A stretch of DNA of 64,000 nt, from contig DYJZ01000001.1 of assembly GCA_020722885.1 (NCBI GenBank), positions 1,144 to 65,143 on the forward strand, in the 5' to 3' direction. This DNA is from Thermoanaerobaculum aquaticum (GTDB lineage Bacteria > Acidobacteriota > UBA4820). A program made the position numbers and the translations under genes. The notes beneath the pieces were generated by a model. It saw only the letters and a program-made list of their open reading frames with translations. It did no database searches and was not told the origin of the DNA. Shown here piece by piece: positions 59,239-64,000 of this stretch. The first letter of the stretch is position 1. Each line of letters starts with the position of its first letter.

Positions 59239-59882
59239 CCGAGGTAACCAAGGTCCTTCAATCTTCTGGCAACTTCTTCTTCTTCCTCCTTTGAATAATC
59301 TGAAGAAGGATCGGCTGGGATCAGTTTCATCATCTCAAGAGTTTTGATAATTTTGTTTAAAGATGTTTCCACGCTCTCTTCTCCAGTTTTACAGATAACC
59401 TCAGGATTTAAAGGCGGTTCGTAAGGATCTGATACCCCCGTAAAATTCTTTATCTCACCATTTAGAGCCTTTTTATAAAGTCCTTTCGTATCTCTTTCAA
59501 TCAATTTCTCTAAAGAGCATTCACAATAAACTTCAACAAATTTCGCCCTTTCTTCTACAAATTTTCTCACTTCGTCTCTTATATCTCTGTACGGAGATAT
59601 TGCAGCAGTTATTGCACAAACTCCATTTCTTGAAAGAAGTTTTGCAACATATCCAATTCTTCTTATGTTGGTATCCCTATCTTCTTTTGAAAATCCAAGA
59701 CCTTTTGAAAGATTTGTTCTGACTTCATCTCCGTCAAGAACTTCAACTTTAACGCCTCTTTCAAGAAGTTTTTCTTCAGCAAGTTTTGAAAGTGTTGATT
59801 TTCCTGAACCTGATAACCCTGTAAACCATAAAACGAATCCTTTGTTGTTCATGCTCTCTCCTTTACTCGATAATTTTTCCAA
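59235..59882 (-). CDS. cysC: Adenylylsulfate (APS) kinase; C-terminal tail ...[17 protein letters not shown]
   Basis: P-loop ...[15 protein letters not shown]... and full APS-kinase length, followed by an acidic linker and the conserved tail. Confidence 0.85.
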   Translation of the reverse strand: MEKLSSKGESMNNKGFVLWFTGLSGSGKSTLSKLAEEKLLERGVKVEVLDGDEVRTNLSKGLGFSKEDRDTNIRRIGYVAKLLSRNGVCAITAAISPYRDIRDEVRKFVEERAKFVEVYCECSLEKLIERDTKGLYKKALNGEIKNFTGVSDPYEPPLNPEVICKTGEESVETSLNKIIKTLEMMKLIPADPSSDYSKEEEEEVARRLKDLGYLG

Positions 59883-61245
59883 TCATTCCTTCTTCTTTTT
59901 TTATACCGAAAATATTTAGAATGGTGGGAGCAATATCGTATATTGATATGCTCTTCCTCCTTCCTTTGCTAATTCCATTGCCCTTCATTATGAAAAGCCC
60001 GTATTGGGCGTGGTTTGCATCGTCAGGTCCCGTATCATTTTCGAATGTGTGTATCGCTCCTCCACCAACGCTTCCCGCGCTTCTCCAGTTGAGATCTCCA
60101 AAATACACAATCAGATCGGGCGGTATATTTTTTACCTCCCTGTAAACTTCTTCAGGTTTAAATACTTTTGTTCCTATCGGATTTCCATTCTGATCTCCAA
60201 GATTTTCAAGTTTTGATTTTATTTCGTCTCTTACTTTCTCATATTGACTTTTTGGTATTATTCCTGATGGTTCTCTTCCTTCAACATTCATAAAAATTCT
60301 TGAATAGTATCCTCCTTCACCCCAGCAGTATGTCTTATTCCAGTCAATATCTGAAACCCTGAGTTTCTGCTGTTTATCAGGTTCTTCTTTAAGTTTTAAA
60401 AGCCCTTCCCTTCTGAAAAATTCATTTACACATATTGCCCCATGCATTGTTTTAGCACCATGGTCTGAAACTACAAAAATAATGGTATCATCATCAAGAA
60501 TTTTAAGGACAGAACCTATCTCGCTGTCAAGATAAATATAGTAATCTCTTATCGCATACTCAAATTTGTGCCCCTTTTCATAAAGTCTGTGGTTTTTATC
60601 ATGGTATCTCCAGAATGCATGGTGAATTCTATCAACACCCATCTCAACAAAGATAAAGAAATCCCATTCTTTTGACCTAATAAACTCTCTGACAACTTTA
60701 AACCTTCTTCTTGTCATCTCATAAATTTGTTTTAAAAGTTCTTCTTTGTTTTCTGTCCTGAAATCTTTTACATCAATAATGTAATCCCCCCCTGCAGCCA
60801 TATCTATCTCTTTAGCGGCTTCTTCAGGATATGTCCATACCCCATTTTTGTCGGGAGTCAGAAAACAGCCTGCCATTATCCCGTTTATCGGTTTTGGTGG
60901 ATAACTCTGGGGAACGCTTAAAACTATTGACGAGAGACGGTTTCTCGATAAAATCTGGTAGAGTGTTTTCTCTTTTACATAAGCACCGTTAGCAAAATAA
61001 AGCTCCTCGTAGCCGTAAGACTTTCTGTTTCTAAAACCATAAAAACCAAGTTGCCCAGGGTCTTTACTTGTCATCATCGATGTCCAGGCAGGAACCGTTA
61101 TTGGAGGCAGTGTAGATTTCATTTCTCCATAGCAACCTTCGTTCATAAGTGAGCTAAGATTGGGAAGCAGATTTCTCCATTCTCCAAAGACCAGAGATGG
61201 CTCAAAGCAGTCTATTCCAAAAACAAACACCTTCTTCTTTTTCAT
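59863..61245 (-). CDS. Alkaline-phosphatase-superfamily protein (COG3379-like), paralog 4 (no tail motif)
   Basis: ...[12 protein letters not shown]... and ...[28 protein letters not shown].... Confidence 0.7.
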   Translation of the reverse strand: MKKKKVFVFGIDCFEPSLVFGEWRNLLPNLSSLMNEGCYGEMKSTLPPITVPAWTSMMTSKDPGQLGFYGFRNRKSYGYEELYFANGAYVKEKTLYQILSRNRLSSIVLSVPQSYPPKPINGIMAGCFLTPDKNGVWTYPEEAAKEIDMAAGGDYIIDVKDFRTENKEELLKQIYEMTRRRFKVVREFIRSKEWDFFIFVEMGVDRIHHAFWRYHDKNHRLYEKGHKFEYAIRDYYIYLDSEIGSVLKILDDDTIIFVVSDHGAKTMHGAICVNEFFRREGLLKLKEEPDKQQKLRVSDIDWNKTYCWGEGGYYSRIFMNVEGREPSGIIPKSQYEKVRDEIKSKLENLGDQNGNPIGTKVFKPEEVYREVKNIPPDLIVYFGDLNWRSAGSVGGGAIHTFENDTGPDDANHAQYGLFIMKGNGISKGRRKSISIYDIAPTILNIFGIKKEEGMIGKIIE

Positions 61246-61261
61246 TTTTTCTCCGATTTAA

Positions 61262-61294
61262 AAAGGTCATATAAATGGGCTAAAAGTAGCCCAT
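61262..61294 (-). terminator. Candidate intrinsic terminator/attenuator at the 3' end of the RHH gene
   Basis: Perfect 8-bp stem ATGGGCTA-AAAG-TAGCCCAT (61275-61294). On the minus-strand RNA it is followed by a U-rich tract (UUAUAUGACCUUUUUAAAUC), then the start of the next gene. Confidence 0.35.
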
Positions 61295-61495
61295 ACTTTT
61301 CAGCCGCTTTCTTATTGCCTCAATCTCTTTAGCAGAAAGGTTTGAAGTACTTTTGTCGCTTTCCTGATGAGAAACAAGATCTCTTAAAACATAAACGACA
61401 AATTCCGTAACTGAAGAAAAACCACTACCTTCAATTGAAACTTTCAATTTTTCATATAAAGGCTTTGGAATTTTTATTGTAACTTTGTTTTCCAA
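61280..61495 (-). CDS. Small ribbon-helix-helix (CopG/Arc-like) protein carrying the same C-terminal tail ...KEIEAIRKRLKSMGYF
   Basis: 71 aa. N-terminal beta-strand/helix/helix pattern (VTIKIPKPLYEKLKVSIEGSGFSSVTEFVVYVLRDLV), then a Ser/Asp-rich linker and the conserved tail. Sits at the head of the tail-tagged module. Confidence 0.4.
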   Translation of the reverse strand: MENKVTIKIPKPLYEKLKVSIEGSGFSSVTEFVVYVLRDLVSHQESDKSTSNLSAKEIEAIRKRLKSMGYF

Positions 61496-61504
61496 AAAAT
61501 CCTC

Positions 61505-61939
61505 TTATCCGCCTTGTTGACTGTTCTCTGCTGGCTTATTGGTTGCAGACTGCGGAGCCCCGCCTTTATGATCTTTTACCTGAAAACCTGCTATTTTTCC
61601 AGTGTTGTCAACCGCAATATGAAGATCCACCAACCCTTTTTCAAACTTACATACAGCTATAACAAGAGTAAAATCATTTTTGAATTCAGTCTTACTTTCT
61701 TTAAATTCCACAAAATTTCCTGCTTTTGAAGTTAGTTGATTCCAGAGGATTTGTAAATTTTCTGGCTTCGCTTTAAAACCAAGATCAGAATTTAATAAGA
61801 GATAAGCCTTCTGAAATTCTCCTTTGCTCATTGCGGAAATGAAATCATGAGCCTTTTGAGACATTGGATCCTGGGCAAATAATAAAAATGTTCCAGATAC
61901 TAAAATTAAAACCAGTGAAATTTTTGCAACAATTTTCAT
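61505..61939 (-). CDS. Secreted/periplasmic hypothetical protein (DUF3887-like)
   Basis: Signal peptide MKIVAKISLVLILVSGTFLLFAQ. Roughly 120-aa mature domain. Confidence 0.5.
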   Translation of the reverse strand: MKIVAKISLVLILVSGTFLLFAQDPMSQKAHDFISAMSKGEFQKAYLLLNSDLGFKAKPENLQILWNQLTSKAGNFVEFKESKTEFKNDFTLVIAVCKFEKGLVDLHIAVDNTGKIAGFQVKDHKGGAPQSATNKPAENSQQGG

Positions 61940-62299
61940 TCAAAAATCTCCTTTAACAAACCTGACCTTTTACGGTCAAAACAATATTACAAAAAAATAA
62001 ATCGCCTGTCAACATCCATAGCCCCCTAAAATTTTAACAAAATTATTTCACATGTGTTCATCTATTTTCTTTGGCAGTAATGCTTTTAACTTTCAATTTC
62101 AACATCCACACATTTTCAATTTTTCTTTATTGCTAAAATATTTTCTCCTCATATTATCAGGATTATCCTCGAGATGGTTGATCATCACATTCAGAGCATG
62201 AAGTTTCTCCTCAAATGATGATGCTTTTTCAATCATACCGAATGCAACAACGCTTTTATAAAATATGTACTCATCGCTCGAGGATAACGGATTGACCTT

Positions 62300-63700
62300 T
62301 TAAGCGGCAGTGCCAGAAGGTATGAAGTAAAAGGTCAAGTTAAGAGGCTCACTTTTTTTATAAATCATATAAATAATTTCCTGATCAGGAACTTGTTCTG
62401 TAAGTTCGTTAGTTTGAAACTCTTGCCCTATATTGATGTTTGCAGCTCGTGTGGTAATAATCACCTTATGGTGATTTGTATTTAATTCTGATATAAATTC
62501 TACTATTTTGTCTTTTTCTTCTTTTGGAAAAGTCTCAAAATCATCAACTACCAAAAAAACTTTCTTCCCGTCAATTTGAATAATTTGTTTAGGGTCATCA
62601 CTTTCAGTATTGAAAAGAATTTTGTTTACTCCTTTTATTAAATCTGAAAATGTAGCTATTCGGTCAGTAATTTCTTCTATTTTACCTGTATAATAATCGT
62701 ATTTTCTATCTTTTGCTGATAAAAATATAATGTAGTCAAAAACCTTTTTTTCGTCATTTGCTAAATCTTCACAGAGGCTTTGAATTGTAGCTGTTTTACC
62801 TACTCCTCCATGTCCCCAAACTGTGGCACAAACAAAAGCATTATTTCTAATGAGAAATGTTTTTAATTTTCCCTTAATACCTATATCAATATACTTTCGG
62901 TAGTTGTTTTCGTAAATATTGCGAATTGTACCGTTATGGCTTTTTACTTTTACTCCGTCATTTGTAACGTCTAATTCACACAATTCGTCCCACTCTTTAA
63001 AGTAGATACCTGTGACAAGCAACCTGTTGTACTTTACTTTTCCAAGAAGTTTTTCATCAATACTGTTGAAAAAGTAAAGCTCATTTCCGTAAAAAGTGAT
63101 TTCAATAAAAGGCGATAGCCTAAAATATGTATTAGACTCTGTGCTTGCGTACAAACTGCCTAATTCAAAAGAACCAATCGTTTTTGGACAACTCCAAGGG
63201 GCATAACCTGCCCCGTCACTTTTGTATAAAATGCCTTTATAGGTTGTATTTTCTGTATTAGTTACATATACTAAATCTACGTTGTCTTTAAGGATTGGTA
63301 AATCTTCTGCCAAAACGAAGTCGTAAAGCTCTTGTAATGCTGAAAGTAATTTTTCAGGTGCATCTTCATAAACAAATCCGTGTCCAGGCAATTCATTCCT
63401 AACAGATGGATATTTGTCTAAGGCTTGGCTTAGTTTACTCTTTTTGAAAATTTCTTTTTCTGTGTCAAGTTTTCGGCAAATACCAACTATACTACCAATT
63501 GTAGGTTTTATAACTGACTGAAAAACAAACTCTTTATCTTCGTAATCAAGTTCGTCTAAGTTCTTGTTCCAAAGATAAGCCAACAGGTAAACCAACACAT
63601 ATTCAAACCTTGCTTGAAAGTGCTGGTTTAAGGCGTTTTTGTCGCCCATAGTTTGTAAGAAGTCTATTCGTTGGTCAATCTGTTTTCTGATGTAATCCAT
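62300..63700 (-). CDS. NB-ARC/STAND-type P-loop NTPase with an N-terminal domain of unknown function (candidate defence/signalling NTPase); possibly disrupted, since an in-frame TAA is followed by 57 more plausible codons down to about 62126
   Basis: Walker A GHGGVGKTA. Walker B KVFLVVDDFE. NB-ARC motif HHKVIITTRAANI. The roughly 290-aa N-terminal region has no recognised motif. After TAA the frame continues KVNPLSSSDEYIFYKSVVAFGMIEKASSFEEKLHALNVMINHLEDNPDNMRRKYFSNKEKLKMCGC*. Confidence 0.55.
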   Translation of the reverse strand: MDYIRKQIDQRIDFLQTMGDKNALNQHFQARFEYVLVYLLAYLWNKNLDELDYEDKEFVFQSVIKPTIGSIVGICRKLDTEKEIFKKSKLSQALDKYPSVRNELPGHGFVYEDAPEKLLSALQELYDFVLAEDLPILKDNVDLVYVTNTENTTYKGILYKSDGAGYAPWSCPKTIGSFELGSLYASTESNTYFRLSPFIEITFYGNELYFFNSIDEKLLGKVKYNRLLVTGIYFKEWDELCELDVTNDGVKVKSHNGTIRNIYENNYRKYIDIGIKGKLKTFLIRNNAFVCATVWGHGGVGKTATIQSLCEDLANDEKKVFDYIIFLSAKDRKYDYYTGKIEEITDRIATFSDLIKGVNKILFNTESDDPKQIIQIDGKKVFLVVDDFETFPKEEKDKIVEFISELNTNHHKVIITTRAANINIGQEFQTNELTEQVPDQEIIYMIYKKSEPLNLTFYFIPSGTAA

Positions 63701-63726
63701 TTGTTATTTATTTTTCGGTTTCTACA

Positions 63727-63802
63727 ATAGCCCACAATGGTTTCGGGCTATACGAAGTCGGCGTAAGCCGATTTGGGTAAGCGTAGCGAACCGCATAGCT
63801 AC
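63727..63802. other. GC-rich structured intergenic element (three consecutive hairpins; possible structured RNA / regulatory leader)
   Basis: Hairpin 1: ATAGCCC-ACAATGGTTTC-GGGCTAT. Hairpin 2: GTCGGC-GTAA-GCCGAT, with a GNRA loop on the plus strand. Hairpin 3: GTAGC-GAACCGCATA-GCTAC. About 50% GC within a roughly one-third-GC locus. Lies between two minus-strand genes. Confidence 0.3.
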
Positions 63803-63835
63803 TGTTAGGCAAAGTGCATATATACATGGTTAAAC

Positions 63836-64000
63836 CCCCTTAATGATATCAAGTTCATCTAATGCTCTATAAGATATTGCTGCATAAGGTATATACCCTT
63901 TATTCAGTGCATCTTTTCTATAGTCATCTATCCTTTCTTTATTAGTTCCCAAGTATCCAGAACCATTATCAACATAATCCACACTAAATACTGGTTTGCC
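63836..64000 (-). CDS. 3' end of an unidentified gene entering from the right edge (...GKPVFSVDYVDNGSGYLGTNKERIDDYRKDALNKGYIPYAAISYRALDELDIIKGV*)
   Basis: Open minus-strand frame from the window edge to TAA at about 63836-63838. No motif recognised. Confidence 0.35.

Noticed and set aside
61275-63751. Recurring TAGCCC/GGGCTA hexamers (61286-61294, 50169-50177, 63728-63750) as a shared DNA repeat.
   Set aside because: In the coding cases the hexamer is simply the reverse complement of the Gly-Tyr codons of the conserved LGY tail. The intergenic occurrence at 63728 does not encode LGY. It appears coincidental.
63701-63835. tRNA or tmRNA in the GC-rich intergenic element.
   Set aside because: No 7-bp acceptor stem or cloverleaf arrangement with a T-loop GTTC-like motif could be fitted on either strand.
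1-64000. CRISPR arrays, IS elements/transposases, integrases or rRNA genes.
   Set aside because: No direct-repeat/spacer periodicity, no terminal inverted repeats flanking a transposase-like ORF, and no recombinase motifs were seen. The only signs of mobility or recombination are indirect: compositional patches and pseudogenes.

Overview
This is a 64-kb, low-GC (roughly one-third GC) window in which every supportable gene, about 60 in all, lies on the minus strand, mostly with short overlaps or gaps. It is a single co-directional glycan-biosynthesis super-locus from a diderm bacterium. All plus-strand ORFs in the track are short antisense shadows of these genes.

Reading in the direction of transcription (high to low coordinate), the window contains:
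- An NB-ARC/STAND-type P-loop NTPase, followed by an in-frame TAA and a further plausible reading frame. A GC-rich structured intergenic element lies just upstream of it.
- A small ribbon-helix-helix (RHH) protein and a secreted DUF3887-like protein.
- An unusual module (about 50.1-61.5 kb) of four alkaline-phosphatase-superfamily (NPP/COG3379-like) paralogs, a sulfatase-fold enzyme lacking the formylglycine motif, a radical-SAM enzyme with a SPASM/twitch-like Cys cluster, a Wzx-type flippase, APS kinase (CysC) and a PHP-family phosphoesterase. Five of these otherwise unrelated proteins end in the same C-terminal tail, roughly EE[IV]xx[KR]LKxLGY[MLF].
- Three glycosyltransferases, a second Wzy/O-antigen-ligase-like membrane protein and two proteins of unknown function.
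- A UDP-HexNAc-uronate block (UDP-sugar 6-dehydrogenase, WbpB-like Gfo/Idh/MocA, 4-epimerase).
- A complete legionaminic-acid-type nonulosonic-acid pathway of the GDP-linked Campylobacter ptm/leg type (PtmE-like CBS-nucleotidyltransferase, LegB/C/H/G/I/F-like enzymes, PtmA-like SDR, PtmF-like oxidoreductase).
- A Wzx flippase, then two decayed genes: a Gfo/Idh/MocA oxidoreductase with two in-frame nonsense codons and a frameshifted SGNH hydrolase in a GC-rich patch.
- A possible GT-B transferase with an HP motif, acetyltransferases, a Wzy polymerase and GT4 enzymes.
- A WbuX/WbuY/WbuZ-type N-acetyl-sugar amidotransferase trio (acetamidino-sugar formation), a PIG-L deacetylase, methyltransferases and a WbqC-like protein.
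- A bacillosamine-type module (PglF-like 4,6-dehydratase, DegT aminotransferase, acetyltransferases, PglC-like initiating phosphoglycosyltransferase).
- A 59-aa N-terminal remnant of asparagine synthetase B.
- An OPT-family transporter, an outer-membrane beta-barrel, and the Wza/Wzc export pair.

No rRNA, tRNA, CRISPR array or transposase was found. The most novel-looking content is the tail-tagged AP-superfamily / radical-SAM / PAPS module.
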